From: Alphaproteobacteria bacterium
GTDB taxonomy: Bacteria; Pseudomonadota; Alphaproteobacteria; CAAGCB01; CAG-977
DNA length: 60,886 nucleotides
Direction: 5' to 3'
NCBI GenBank assembly: GCA_017539865.1
Contig: JAFYCE010000049.1
Coordinates: forward strand, 1 to 60,886
Part shown: positions 1 to 10,037 of the stretch, one piece after another
How the letters are laid out: each line of letters opens with the position of its first letter
How positions within the stretch are numbered: position 1 is the first letter of the stretch
Program-made: the position numbers and the translations under genes
The notes under the pieces: model-generated
What the model was told of the DNA's origin: nothing
Database searches by the model: none
Seen by the model: the letters and a program-made list of their open reading frames with translations, nothing else

Positions 1-1
1 C

Positions 2-1111
2 AACGATCGTTTACTGACAGCGCGCGTATTGGGCAACGCCGGCAATGCCGCATTCTATCAACCGCTGATCGAACTGATGAACGATCCGGATACGGAGGTG
101 TGCATCGCCGCTTTGAACGCGGCCGGAAAACTGAAGAATCCTTTGTTACTCCCCGCCGTTATGGAAACCTTCCGTTATCCCGAATTACGGGAAACGGCCG
201 GTGCCGTTTTATCCGGTTTTAAAGAAAAAGCGTTTGACAGCATCGCCCCTGTTCTGAACTCTCGGGACTATCCGGTTCAATTCCGCATTCTGTTGGTTCG
301 TCTGGTCGGACATATCGCTTCGCCGGCGGCGGAAGAATTCCTGTTCAGCCATATTCAAACCGAAGATCGCCGCGTCCGGTTTCATATCTTAAAAACGTTG
401 GCTCTATCCGGTTACAAAGCGACCGGCAAAAAAATCAATATCGTCCGCTTATGCCTGTATGATGAAATGGAAACGGCGACCGGCATTTTGGCCGCGCTTC
501 ATTCTTTTGATAAAAATAAAGACGAAGCATTATCGGATTCTTTAGCGGTCTTAAAAGACGCCTTAAAGAAGGAAATCGAATATATCAGAGAACGGATTTT
601 GTTGTCATTGGCATTATTACAACCATCGTCGGCGTTAATCAATCTTTTAAGCCGCTATACATCGACGACCCCGAAAAACGACACGCTTAAGATTATTGAC
701 AAGATTTTGTCCGGCGAACTCAGAAGGCTGTGCCTGCCGTTATTTGAAGACAAAACCGTTCAAGAGCAATTAACGTTACTGCGTCCCCATTTCTATCCGC
801 CCATATTGCCGGCGGCGGGTCATATTCTGGAAATACTGAAAACGGCCGCCGGTGAAATGACCGATTGGACGCGCGCCTGTGCCGCTTATGCCGCGGGATA
901 TATTGCGGACACGGCGTTTATCAACAGTCTGACGCTTCTTTTATCCGATCCAGATCCCATTGTTCGGGAAACGGCAATCTGGGCAATCGGAAAAACATTG
1001 CCGAGGAATGAAGCCGCCCGACTGATTTCCGGAAACTTGGAAGATTTTTCAATTTACGTCGCCCGTATGGCTCGATTTGTCACAGACGGTTCGGGGCAAA
1101 TCGTTTTTTAG
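2..1111 (+). CDS. HEAT-repeat protein, 5' end cut by the window edge
   Basis: The frame is open from nt 2, with no stop upstream of the TTG at 29. It contains repeated HEAT/PBS-lyase-like units such as LMNDPDTEVCIAALNAAGKL and LLSDPDPIVRETAIWAIGKT. The stop is TAG at 1109-1111. Confidence 0.6.
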   Translation, partial: NDRLLTARVLGNAGNAAFYQPLIELMNDPDTEVCIAALNAAGKLKNPLLLPAVMETFRYPELRETAGAVLSGFKEKAFDSIAPVLNSRDYPVQFRILLVRLVGHIASPAAEEFLFSHIQTEDRRVRFHILKTLALSGYKATGKKINIVRLCLYDEMETATGILAALHSFDKNKDEALSDSLAVLKDALKKEIEYIRERILLSLALLQPSSALINLLSRYTSTTPKNDTLKIIDKILSGELRRLCLPLFEDKTVQEQLTLLRPHFYPPILPAAGHILEILKTAAGEMTDWTRACAAYAAGYIADTAFINSLTLLLSDPDPIVRETAIWAIGKTLPRNEAARLISGNLEDFSIYVARMARFVTDGSGQIVF

Positions 1112-1123
1112 GAGTATGAAATA

Positions 1124-1531
1124 ATGCGTTTGACACTTGAAAAGGTTTTAATCTTAAAAAACATTCCTTTGTTTTCCGGCATACCGGAAGCGGCTTTGGC
1201 CGATATCATAAACGCCAGTGAAGAAACCGCCGCCATGATCGGAACGGACATTGTCAAAGCCGGCGATTTATGGAACGATTTGTATATCATCCTGCAAGGA
1301 CAGGTCAGAGCGCACAGAAACGGCCAAACCTTGCGCGAATTCAACGCGTTGACGACATTCGGCGAATTGGCGGCTTTGGATGCCGAAACGGCGGACATGA
1401 CCATTACCGCGCTGGAAGACACGACCATGTTCAAATTGGACGGAGCGGCCTTATACCGATTGATGAACGAACATAAATCGCTGGAACGGAACATGTTTAA
1501 AACGCTTTGCCAACGTTTACGCTCAAAATAA
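1124..1531 (+). CDS. Stand-alone cyclic-nucleotide-binding domain protein
   Basis: The 135-aa product has cNMP-binding beta-barrel signatures (GDxxxxLYIILQGQV ... FGELAAL). AGGAG lies upstream of the ATG. Confidence 0.7.
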   Translation: MRLTLEKVLILKNIPLFSGIPEAALADIINASEETAAMIGTDIVKAGDLWNDLYIILQGQVRAHRNGQTLREFNALTTFGELAALDAETADMTITALEDTTMFKLDGAALYRLMNEHKSLERNMFKTLCQRLRSK

Positions 1532-1538
1532 AAGATTT

Positions 1539-1892
1539 TTATTTTCCGAAAGAGCCGACTTTGCCGACCAGCAAACCGCCGGCATCTTTTTGTGAGGTCA
1601 ATAATTCCGTAATTTTAACGCCGATATATCCTTCGTCCGTGACGATGACCTCGCCTTTGGCGATAGGAATTTCATTAGCCAGAATTTCGACCGGTTCATT
1701 GACCTGACGGTTCAATTCGACAACGGCGCCGCGTCCCAGTTTCAACAGCTGATATACGCGCAAGAGCGTGCGCCCCAAAACGACTGTCAAATCCACATTG
1801 ACTTCCATCAGCGCTTCCTTATCAAACACATTTTGAAGCACTGTCGTTTTGTTTTCTTCGTTTTCCTGCGCCATCTTTTTTTCCTTATCCAT
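1539..1892 (-). CDS. FliN/SpoA-domain protein (flagellar motor switch / type III sorting-platform family)
   Basis: The C-terminal region VDLTVVLGRTLLRVYQLLKLGRGAVVELNRQVNEPVEILANEIPIAKGEVIV matches the FliN/SpoA fold pattern. The start is ambiguous between TTG 1901, ATG 1892 and ATG 1874. ATG 1892 gives an ATGGATAA overlap with the yejF stop. Confidence 0.6.
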   Translation of the reverse strand: MDKEKKMAQENEENKTTVLQNVFDKEALMEVNVDLTVVLGRTLLRVYQLLKLGRGAVVELNRQVNEPVEILANEIPIAKGEVIVTDEGYIGVKITELLTSQKDAGGLLVGKVGSFGK

Positions 1893-3474
1893 TAAAATCA
1901 AAGGCCGCCGTCATCAATCTTTGCGTATAGGGTTGTTGCTGTTTTTCAAACAAATCCGGATTTTTACCCGATTCGACGATTTGACCGTCCTTCATCACAT
2001 AAATGTAATCGGCCAAAGCTTTTACCACACGCATATCATGACTGATAAACAGATATGCCATTTTATACTGTTTTTGCAAATTTTTCAAAAGCTCTATGAT
2101 TTGTGCCTGCACGGACACGTCCAAAGCGCTGGTCGGTTCGTCCAAAACGACCAATTTCGGTTTCAGCACCAAAGCGCGCGCGATGGCGATTCTCTGCCTT
2201 TGCCCGCCAGAAAAGGCATTCGGATAGCGGTTCAGAATATCCGTCGGCAAATTAACATCTTTCAAAGCCTGACAGATTAAATCGTTTCGTTCCTTGACCG
2301 ACAGTTCCGGCCGATGAACCAGCAAGCCCTCGCCGACGATTTGTTCCACAGTCAGTCGCGGACTGAGCGAAGCGTACGGATCTTGAAAGACGATTTGCAT
2401 TTGCGTTCTCAAACGCCTTAATTTTTCACCCTTCAAAACGGACAGATCCGTTCCGTCAAAAACAATGGAACCAAAGCTTTCCTGCAATTTCAAAAGAGAA
2501 TAACCCAGCGTTGATTTTCCGGAACCGCTTTCGCCGACCAAACCGACGCATTGACCTTCTTTAATTGATACAGACACACCGTCAACCGCGTTCAACCGAA
2601 CCAACGTTTTGCCAAACAGATTTTTTTTCAGCGCGAAAGAAACGGATAAATTCCGGCACGTCAGCAAATCCTTTGCATCGGGAACGACGGCGACTGGTTC
2701 TCCCGACGGCCGCGAAGCCAGCAACATTTTCGTGTATTCATGCCGCGGGTTTTGCATCACATTTTGCGTCGCGCCCGTTTCCACGATTCGGCCGTCTTTC
2801 ATGACGCACACGCGCGAAGCGATTCTTGCCACAACATCCAAATCGTGAGAAATGAATAAAATCGCCAAACCGAGCTTCTTCTGCAAATTTTTCAGCAGAG
2901 TCAATATCTGCGCCTGAATCGTCACGTCCAAAGCGGTCGTCGGTTCGTCGGCAATCAGCAAATCGGGATTATTTGCCAACGCCATGGCGATCATCACGCG
3001 TTGCCGTTCCCCGCCGGACAGCTCATGCGGCAAAGCGTTCAAACGACGTTCCGCGTTGCGCAACCCGACCATTTTCAACAATTCAAGGACTCCGGCTTCG
3101 GCATCTTCTTTCGTAATTTCCGTATGCAACAGCATTGTTTCCGCCACTTGCTTGGCGATCGTATGTAAGGGATTTAAAGACGTCATCGGTTCCTGAAAAA
3201 TCATAGAAACGCGGTTGCCGCGAAAATCGCGCAGCGTATATTCGTTCGCACCGATTATTTCTTTGCCGTTGAATTTGATCGAGCCGGTCGGATGGGAAGC
3301 GTACGGATAATCCAGCAGCTGCATGATCGACAAAGCCGTCACGGATTTGCCCGACCCGCTTTCGCCGACCAGAGCCAGCGTTTCCCCCTTTTCAATTTGA
3401 AAGGAAACACCTTTGACGACAGGCTCAGCCTGACCGAAACGGACGCTTAAATTTTCTACGGACAACAGAGTCAT
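1885..3474 (-). CDS. yejF: ABC transporter ATP-binding protein with two fused ATPase domains (YejF-type peptide/microcin C importer)
   Basis: It has two Walker A motifs (GESGSGKS twice), two LSGG signatures (LSGGERQR, FSGGQRQR) and two Walker B motifs (LLIADEPT, LVVLDEPT). It is the last transporter gene of a yejA-B-E-F-order operon. Confidence 0.85.
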   Translation of the reverse strand: MTLLSVENLSVRFGQAEPVVKGVSFQIEKGETLALVGESGSGKSVTALSIMQLLDYPYASHPTGSIKFNGKEIIGANEYTLRDFRGNRVSMIFQEPMTSLNPLHTIAKQVAETMLLHTEITKEDAEAGVLELLKMVGLRNAERRLNALPHELSGGERQRVMIAMALANNPDLLIADEPTTALDVTIQAQILTLLKNLQKKLGLAILFISHDLDVVARIASRVCVMKDGRIVETGATQNVMQNPRHEYTKMLLASRPSGEPVAVVPDAKDLLTCRNLSVSFALKKNLFGKTLVRLNAVDGVSVSIKEGQCVGLVGESGSGKSTLGYSLLKLQESFGSIVFDGTDLSVLKGEKLRRLRTQMQIVFQDPYASLSPRLTVEQIVGEGLLVHRPELSVKERNDLICQALKDVNLPTDILNRYPNAFSGGQRQRIAIARALVLKPKLVVLDEPTSALDVSVQAQIIELLKNLQKQYKMAYLFISHDMRVVKALADYIYVMKDGQIVESGKNPDLFEKQQQPYTQRLMTAAFDFNG

Positions 3475-4487
3475 TTGTTTTTCCTCGGATCAAAAGCGTC
3501 CCTGACGGCTTCGCCGATAAAGACGAGAACGGTAAGTAAAAAAGCTAAAGAGACAAAAGCCGAAGCCGCCAGCCACGGAGCCTGTAGATTTTCTTTGCCC
3601 TGCCGCACCAAGTCCCCTAAAGACGGCGATCCCGGCGGCAAGCCAAACCCTAAAAAATCCAAAGCGGTCAGCGAAACGACCGCCCCCGACAGAATAAACG
3701 GCAGATAGGTCAGCGTCGCCACCATCGCGTTCGGGAAAACGTGTCTGAAAATGATTTTCAGATGAGGCACGCCCAACGCGTACGCCGCGCGCACATAATC
3801 AAAATTCCTCGCCCTTAAAAATTCGGCGCGCACGACGGGAACCAAAGCCGTCCATGAAAAAAGAAGCAAAACGAACAGCAACGTCCAGAACCCCGGAATA
3901 ATCAGGCTCGAAACGATAATCAGCACGAACAACTGCGGCAAAGACCCCCAAATTTCCAAAAACCTTTGCGCAAACAAATCAAGCTTTCCTCCGAAATACC
4001 CTTGCACCGCACCGGCAAAAATCCCGATTGCGGAAGACAATGCGGTTAAAATCAACCCGAACAGCAGGGAATACCGCATCCCGTAAATCAGACGCGCCAG
4101 AACGTCGCGCCCCAAATCGTCCGTTCCGAGCCAGTTTTCCCGCGTCGGCGCACTGGGCGCAGGCGTCGGCAGATTATAGTTGATCGTGTCATAGCTGTAT
4201 TCGATTGGCGGCATGATGAAAAAGCCCTTTTCGTTGATTTTCTTTTGCAGATACGGATCTTTATAATCCGCCGTCGTTTTAAATGGACCACCGAAGACGG
4301 TTTCAGAATATTGTCTGAAAATCGGAAAATACCAGTTGCCGTCATAACGCACGATAACCGGTTTGTCGTTGGCGATAAAATCGGCCATCAACGTTAAGAT
4401 AAACACGACACAAAAAACGATAAACGCATAGAAGCCGCGCCTGTTCGCTTTAAATTTATTCCAACGCTGTTTTGCGCGTTCATTCAT
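3471..4487 (-). CDS. yejE: ABC transporter permease (YejE-type)
   Basis: This is a multi-TM BPD-type permease. ATG 4487 overlaps the yejB stop by 8 nt (ATGAATGA), and its stop overlaps the yejF ATG (ATGA). The longer TTG 4517 start is less likely. Confidence 0.8.
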   Translation of the reverse strand: MNERAKQRWNKFKANRRGFYAFIVFCVVFILTLMADFIANDKPVIVRYDGNWYFPIFRQYSETVFGGPFKTTADYKDPYLQKKINEKGFFIMPPIEYSYDTINYNLPTPAPSAPTRENWLGTDDLGRDVLARLIYGMRYSLLFGLILTALSSAIGIFAGAVQGYFGGKLDLFAQRFLEIWGSLPQLFVLIIVSSLIIPGFWTLLFVLLLFSWTALVPVVRAEFLRARNFDYVRAAYALGVPHLKIIFRHVFPNAMVATLTYLPFILSGAVVSLTALDFLGFGLPPGSPSLGDLVRQGKENLQAPWLAASAFVSLAFLLTVLVFIGEAVRDAFDPRKNK

Positions 4488-5586
4488 GGCGGCCTCCGAA
4501 ATCGATACGCGGATCAACCAGATGATAGGTCATATCGCTGACAAGATTCAAAACCAATCCGATCAACCCGAAAATATACAATGTGCCGAAAATCACCGGA
4601 TAATCGCGTGTCATCACGGCTTCAAAGCCCAACAGTCCCAGTCCGTCCAGCGAAAAAATCACTTCAATCAATACGGAACCGGTAAACAGCATGCCGACCA
4701 ACACCGCCGGAAAGCCCGCCAAAACGATCAGCATCGCATTTCTGAACACATGACCGTACAATACCGCCGTATCGCTCAGCCCTTTGGCTTTAGCCGTTAA
4801 AACATACTGCTTTGAAATCTCCTCCATAAACGAGTTTTTCGTCAGCATTGTCAATCCGGCGAATCCTCCGGCGACCATCGCGCAGACCGGCATGGCCAGA
4901 TGCCAAAAGTAATCTTTGATTTTTTCGACTGTGGAAAACCGCTCCCAATCTTCGGAAAACAATCCACGCAGCGGAAACCAGTTCAGATAACGGCCGCCGC
5001 AGAAAACGACGATCAGCATCATCGCAAACAGAAAAGCCGGCACAGCGTACCCGATAATGATCGCCCAACTGGAAACAGCATCCCATTTCGACCCGTCGCG
5101 CACCGCTTTGAAGATTCCCAACGGAATGGACACCAGATAAATGATCAGCGTCGTCCAAACGCCCAAAGAAACGGATACCGTCATTTTCTCTTTAATCAAC
5201 TGTGTGACGGGCGTGTCGCGATAAAAACTTTTGCCGAAATCAAAACAAAAATAATTTTTCATCATCGTGAAAAAGCGTTCCGTCAACGGCTTATCGAAAC
5301 CGAACTGCGCTTCCAGTTCTTTAATCAAAGCGGGATCCAGCCCTTGCGCTCCGCGGTATTTCGACATTACGGCATAATTTTGTTTATGGGAAACGGATGC
5401 CATACCGCCGTCCCCCATTCCCGTACTGCCGATTTTCGCTGTTGCCGAACCGTCACCCTGCAATTTGGATATCACCTGCTCAACGGGGCCTCCGGGGGCA
5501 AGCTGCACAAAAATGAAATTCACGGCCATAATGCCGAACAGCGTTAAAGGAATCAAAGCCAGACGGCGTAAAAAATAACGAAACAT
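4480..5586 (-). CDS. yejB: ABC transporter permease (YejB-type)
   Basis: This is a DppB/OppB-like permease beginning MFRYFLRRLALIPLTL. ATG 5586 lies 8 nt downstream of AAGGAG and overlaps the yejA TGA (TGATG). Confidence 0.8.
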   Translation of the reverse strand: MFRYFLRRLALIPLTLFGIMAVNFIFVQLAPGGPVEQVISKLQGDGSATAKIGSTGMGDGGMASVSHKQNYAVMSKYRGAQGLDPALIKELEAQFGFDKPLTERFFTMMKNYFCFDFGKSFYRDTPVTQLIKEKMTVSVSLGVWTTLIIYLVSIPLGIFKAVRDGSKWDAVSSWAIIIGYAVPAFLFAMMLIVVFCGGRYLNWFPLRGLFSEDWERFSTVEKIKDYFWHLAMPVCAMVAGGFAGLTMLTKNSFMEEISKQYVLTAKAKGLSDTAVLYGHVFRNAMLIVLAGFPAVLVGMLFTGSVLIEVIFSLDGLGLLGFEAVMTRDYPVIFGTLYIFGLIGLVLNLVSDMTYHLVDPRIDFGGRHE

Positions 5587-7466
5587 CAGAACCACTCCTT
5601 CAACTGCTGAAAGACCGTTTTTTCAGCGTTTTTCGCCAGCGCTTTTTTTTCATTGCGCAAGTTTTGCAAGGCTTCTTCCTTTTCGGTATCGACCCACCAT
5701 GCCATCATTTGAACGCCTTTCATCACGGAAACGTCGGGCATACCGAATTTATCCCAAAAGACCAATCGCGTCGCCGGAATGTACCAATGCGGCACGACAT
5801 AGTATTCCCATAACAGAACCCGATCCAGCGCTTTAACGGCGGCCACCAGTTTTTTACGATCGGCGGCTTCTATGACTTTTTCAATCAAACTGTCCACGAC
5901 CGGATTTTTAATGCCGGCGTAATTTTGCGAACCGTTCGCATCCGCCGCCGCCGCCCCCCAGAAATAGCGCTGTTCGTTTCCGGGGGATGTCGATTGTCCC
6001 CAGATATGGACGATCATATCGTAATCATACGAATCAAGACGGTTTTTATACTGGGTTGAATCCACGGCGCGTAAAACGGCGTCAATGCCCAACCGTTTCA
6101 AGTTGCGGATATACGGCAGCGTAATTCTTTCCCATGCGGCGGAAGACGCGGAATCGATCAGAATTTCAAAACGGAAGGGTTCGCCTTTTTCATTTTTCAA
6201 AACATTGTCCCGAATTGTCCAACCGGCTTCTTCCAACAAAGCGAAAGCCTTTTCCATTTGCGGTCTGATATTGCCGTCTCCTGTCGTTTTTTCCAAAGAA
6301 AACGGTTTTTCGAACACCTCGGGCGGCAACTGTTTTTTATAGCGTTCCAGCAATTTCAATTCCTCCCCTTCCGGCAAATCTCTTGATGCCAGTTCGGAAT
6401 TGTCGAAATAGCTTTCCGTTCGCTCATACAATCCGTAAAACAAATTCTTGTTCGACCATTCGAAATCGAAAACCATTCCCAACGCTTTGCGGACTTTCCG
6501 GTCGGCAAAAACGGGACGGCGCGTATTGAACACGAACCCTTGCATTCCGGACGGCAAAGAATGACCGAAGCTTTTCTTTATCAAGCCGTCCTTTTCAGAA
6601 AATCCGTTATAAGCCGACACCCATTTTTTGGCTTCGTTTTCCACTCTCACGTCAAAAGCGGCGGATTTAAAAGCCTCGACGGCGACTGTCGCGTCACGGT
6701 AGTAGTCATAGCGTATCTTGTCAAAATTATAAAAACCTTTGGCCGGCGGCAAATCTTTCGCCCAATAATCGGGATTGCGCTCGTAAACGACATACCGTCC
6801 CGCTTCAAAATCCGAAATTTTATACGGCCCGCTGCCGACGATTTTATCCAGCGTCGTTGCGGTAAAATCCTTATCTTTCCAATACTGTTCGGATAAAACG
6901 GGCATCTGCCCCAAAATCAGCGGCAACTCGCGATTATCGCCTTTTTTAAACGTGAACAAGACACGCATCGGTTTGTCAGCCGTCACGTCTTCCACATTGC
7001 CGTAATAATAGCGGAACATCGGCAGACCTTTTGTTTTCAACAAATTAAAGGAAAAAACGACATCCTGCGCCGTGACGGGCGTTCCGTCCGAAAAGCGCGC
7101 TTTACGATTGATATTAAAAGCGACCCAAGACCGGTCTTGCGGCATTTCGATCGTTTCGGCGATCAAACCGTATTCGGAAAACGGCTCGTCGGCGGATTCC
7201 ACCATCAGCGTATCAAACAGCAATCCCGTTCCCGCCGCCGCGACGCCTTTAATCACATACGGATTGAACGTGTCAAAACTGCCAAAAGCCGACATCTTCA
7301 GCGTTCCGCCTTTCGGCGCGTCCGGATTGACGTAATCGAAATTTTTAAAGTTCCATCCGTAACGCGGCAGTCCGTGCATGGCCACCCCTTTTGCCAACGG
7401 AGCCTGATATTGCGCCCAAGCGGGAAAAGAAAATAAAAGGAATAATACTATGCCAAGTTTTTTCAT
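5586..7466 (-). CDS. yejA: Periplasmic substrate-binding protein, family 5 (YejA-type)
   Basis: The 626-aa product has an N-terminal signal peptide (MKKLGIVLFLLFSFPAWA) and the size and organisation of an SBP_bac_5 protein. It is the first gene of the yej block. Confidence 0.8.
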   Translation of the reverse strand: MKKLGIVLFLLFSFPAWAQYQAPLAKGVAMHGLPRYGWNFKNFDYVNPDAPKGGTLKMSAFGSFDTFNPYVIKGVAAAGTGLLFDTLMVESADEPFSEYGLIAETIEMPQDRSWVAFNINRKARFSDGTPVTAQDVVFSFNLLKTKGLPMFRYYYGNVEDVTADKPMRVLFTFKKGDNRELPLILGQMPVLSEQYWKDKDFTATTLDKIVGSGPYKISDFEAGRYVVYERNPDYWAKDLPPAKGFYNFDKIRYDYYRDATVAVEAFKSAAFDVRVENEAKKWVSAYNGFSEKDGLIKKSFGHSLPSGMQGFVFNTRRPVFADRKVRKALGMVFDFEWSNKNLFYGLYERTESYFDNSELASRDLPEGEELKLLERYKKQLPPEVFEKPFSLEKTTGDGNIRPQMEKAFALLEEAGWTIRDNVLKNEKGEPFRFEILIDSASSAAWERITLPYIRNLKRLGIDAVLRAVDSTQYKNRLDSYDYDMIVHIWGQSTSPGNEQRYFWGAAAADANGSQNYAGIKNPVVDSLIEKVIEAADRKKLVAAVKALDRVLLWEYYVVPHWYIPATRLVFWDKFGMPDVSVMKGVQMMAWWVDTEKEEALQNLRNEKKALAKNAEKTVFQQLKEWF

Positions 7467-8242
7467 ATATTCAAAACCTCGACGGCTTCCTTCAATAAAC
7501 GTCTGTCGCCGACGGCCAGCGCTTTTCCGTCGGGATTGGAGCTTTCAAACAAATCGTTGCCGTCCCAATCCGTCATAATACCGCCCGCGCCGGTCACAAC
7601 CGGCACCAAAGCCGCATAATCGTACAGCTTTAAATCCGTTTCGCAGATGATATCGCCAAAACCGGCCGACAACAATCCGTACCCGTAGCAATCCGTGCTG
7701 AAACGTTCGATTTTCGTTTTGGAACACAACGCGTTAAAAGCCCTTTTTTCTTCCGGCTTGACGAACATCAGCTTATCCGCCGTTGAAAACAGGACGGCCT
7801 GACTTAGCCGGTTGCACGGTCTTGTATGAATTTCCTTCCCGTTCAACGTCGTCGGTTTCCCCGAAACACCGACCCAGCGTTCTTTGGCATACGGCTGGTC
7901 TATGACGCCGACGACCGGTTTTCCGTTATGCAACAGCGCGATCAAAATTCCGAACAAAGGCAATCCGGCGATAAAGGATTTCGTCCCGTCAATCGGATCA
8001 AGCACCCAAACGAATTCGGCGTTTTCGTTTTCCTTGCCGTATTCCTCTCCGACAATACCGTGATTCGGAAAACGTTCTTTCAGCATTTCCCGCATCACGC
8101 GTTCGCTGTTTTTATCCCCTTGCGTTACGGGGGACGTATCCGCCTTGTCTTCGATATTCAGAGGCTGACGGAAATATTTCAGGATTTCCCGCCCCGCCGC
8201 GTCCGCCATCCGGCACGCGAATTCACTTTCGGTTTCATACAT
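7463..8242 (-). CDS. Inositol monophosphatase family protein (HisN-like histidinol-phosphatase candidate)
   Basis: It carries the IMPase motifs EEYG ... WVLDPIDGTKSF ... WD. There is a 4-nt ATGA overlap with yejA. Confidence 0.75.
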   Translation of the reverse strand: MYETESEFACRMADAAGREILKYFRQPLNIEDKADTSPVTQGDKNSERVMREMLKERFPNHGIVGEEYGKENENAEFVWVLDPIDGTKSFIAGLPLFGILIALLHNGKPVVGVIDQPYAKERWVGVSGKPTTLNGKEIHTRPCNRLSQAVLFSTADKLMFVKPEEKRAFNALCSKTKIERFSTDCYGYGLLSAGFGDIICETDLKLYDYAALVPVVTGAGGIMTDWDGNDLFESSNPDGKALAVGDRRLLKEAVEVLNI

Positions 8243-8996
8243 ATTTCTGCATCCATTTCAATCCGGCCGCCGTTGTCGTTCTCGGCGTATAAGAACAGCC
8301 GATATGACCTTGATATCCCTGCATTTCCAACAAAGACAGCAAATAATCGTAATTGATTTCCCCCATATCCGGCTCTTCGCCCGTCGGAACGCCGGCAATC
8401 CGCACATGACCGATCAGGGAAATCAAAGAATCGATCGTATTGCTCAATCCGCCTTCGCAGGACTGCGCCCGATAGATATCGAACAAATAGGCGAAAACCT
8501 TGTCATCATTCAGTTCGTCCAGCAATTCAAGCACTTCCAAAGTGGAAGCGGGATAAGCTTCGGGCAGATCCTGCGGATTTTCAAATCCCAGCAGGATTTT
8601 TATTCCCGCCCGACGCGCTCGCGGCGCAGCAGCATGAAGAGCGGAGGCAAAAGCCTCGCGCTGTGCCTCGAATGTATCGGGCGGTAACTGTTTGGCGGGA
8701 ATGAAGATTTTTTTACACTCCAAAAAATCCGCCTTATCCGTCAAATCGTCCAAAGCATCCAAAAATTTTTGCTTTGATTTTTTTTCAAAAGCCAAAGCCG
8801 CCTGTTCTTCCGGCATTGTGATGACGGATACTTTCAATCCTTTATACGCGGCGGCATCCCCCAATTCCCCCAATCCGGTCTTCTCGGGAAAAGTAAATTC
8901 AATCGAAGCAAAGCCGTTTTCCTTTGCCGCCTTGCACCGTTCCAAAAAAGGCAATTCCGTAAACAGCTTATCGATATCCGCGCAAAACGAAACCAT
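8235..8996 (-). CDS. Xylose-isomerase-like TIM-barrel protein (hydroxypyruvate isomerase family)
   Basis: It shows the Hyi-like N-terminus (FCADIDKLFTELPFLERCKAAKENGFASIEF) and the C-terminal pattern IGHVRIAG. ATG 8996 lies 1 nt after the upstream stop. Confidence 0.6.
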   Translation of the reverse strand: MVSFCADIDKLFTELPFLERCKAAKENGFASIEFTFPEKTGLGELGDAAAYKGLKVSVITMPEEQAALAFEKKSKQKFLDALDDLTDKADFLECKKIFIPAKQLPPDTFEAQREAFASALHAAAPRARRAGIKILLGFENPQDLPEAYPASTLEVLELLDELNDDKVFAYLFDIYRAQSCEGGLSNTIDSLISLIGHVRIAGVPTGEEPDMGEINYDYLLSLLEMQGYQGHIGCSYTPRTTTAAGLKWMQKYV

Positions 8997-8997
8997 T

Positions 8998-9978
8998 TTA
9001 ATCTCCCCATTTTTTGATGCGGGCGGCGATTTCGCCCGCAACATTCAGCCGTTTATGCCCTCTTTGCCCGACCGGTTCGGGATTCTTTGTCAATTCGACA
9101 GCATATCCGTCGTCGTAAAGTTCCCGATGCAGCAAAGCATGTTTTTTTCCGACCGTTCCCTGCGGCGCGTAAATATAGACAGGCGCATCGGCCGCACAGG
9201 CTTCCGAACACATGGAAACGGAATCCCCCGTCACGATGATATGATCGGCCAACGCTAAAAAGCCGAAATACGGATTTTCCATTTCTTTATTTCCCCAACC
9301 GTAGAAAAATTCCGGTTCCGGCAAAGCGTCACGAATGATTTTTTCCTGCTCCGCTCCCGTACGGCGCGACGTCGTCACCAGAAAAGAACCGCCGCCGAGC
9401 TTTTCGGCCAACGCTTTTGCGCGTTCCGCCAAATCGACGGCCATATCCGTCGTAAAAGGCTTGTCCTTGGTCGCACCGCCGACAATCAAAGCGATACGGG
9501 GCGAAGGAAGGCTTTCAAAAACAGGCGTCCATTTTTCCTTTTCGATGCTGAGACGTTCCGGCGTAATTCTGTGCGGAGCCCCCGTCACGCGCATGATGTT
9601 CGGGCGAATCAGTTTACACCCGTCGTGACGGGGCAGAACAATCAAATCAAAATCGGACAGACTGAAACACCCCGGATACATGATCTGAACGATTTTCGTT
9701 TTGCCGCCTGATTTTTTCTTGATATATCGCAACAGCGGCGCAGCACGGCGCCCCGCGGCGACGGCGATATCGGGAAAAGGTTCCGTCAATCCGGCGACTG
9801 TTTCCGCCGTCACGCCCAATGTCGAAGCCCCTCGTACAACATTCGGCAAAACGACCGATCGGGTATAACGTACTTTTTTAATTTCCGGATTTTTCACAAA
9901 AGCTTCTGCCACACCTAAGGCTTGCGCCGTATTTCCGGCTCTGTCGTCCGCAAGCACCCAAATTGTTTTATCAGTCAT
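8998..9978 (-). CDS. ELM1/DUF1022 family protein (predicted glycosyltransferase-like fold)
   Basis: The N-terminus IWVLADDRAGNTAQALGVAEA and the overall length are typical of the alphaproteobacterial ELM1 family. It is the first gene of a long co-directional block. Confidence 0.6.
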   Translation of the reverse strand: MTDKTIWVLADDRAGNTAQALGVAEAFVKNPEIKKVRYTRSVVLPNVVRGASTLGVTAETVAGLTEPFPDIAVAAGRRAAPLLRYIKKKSGGKTKIVQIMYPGCFSLSDFDLIVLPRHDGCKLIRPNIMRVTGAPHRITPERLSIEKEKWTPVFESLPSPRIALIVGGATKDKPFTTDMAVDLAERAKALAEKLGGGSFLVTTSRRTGAEQEKIIRDALPEPEFFYGWGNKEMENPYFGFLALADHIIVTGDSVSMCSEACAADAPVYIYAPQGTVGKKHALLHRELYDDGYAVELTKNPEPVGQRGHKRLNVAGEIAARIKKWGD

Positions 9979-10037
9979 GTCAGTCTTCTTTTGTTAATGA
10001 AATCCAAATGAATTTAAAATAGAATACCTTATAAATT

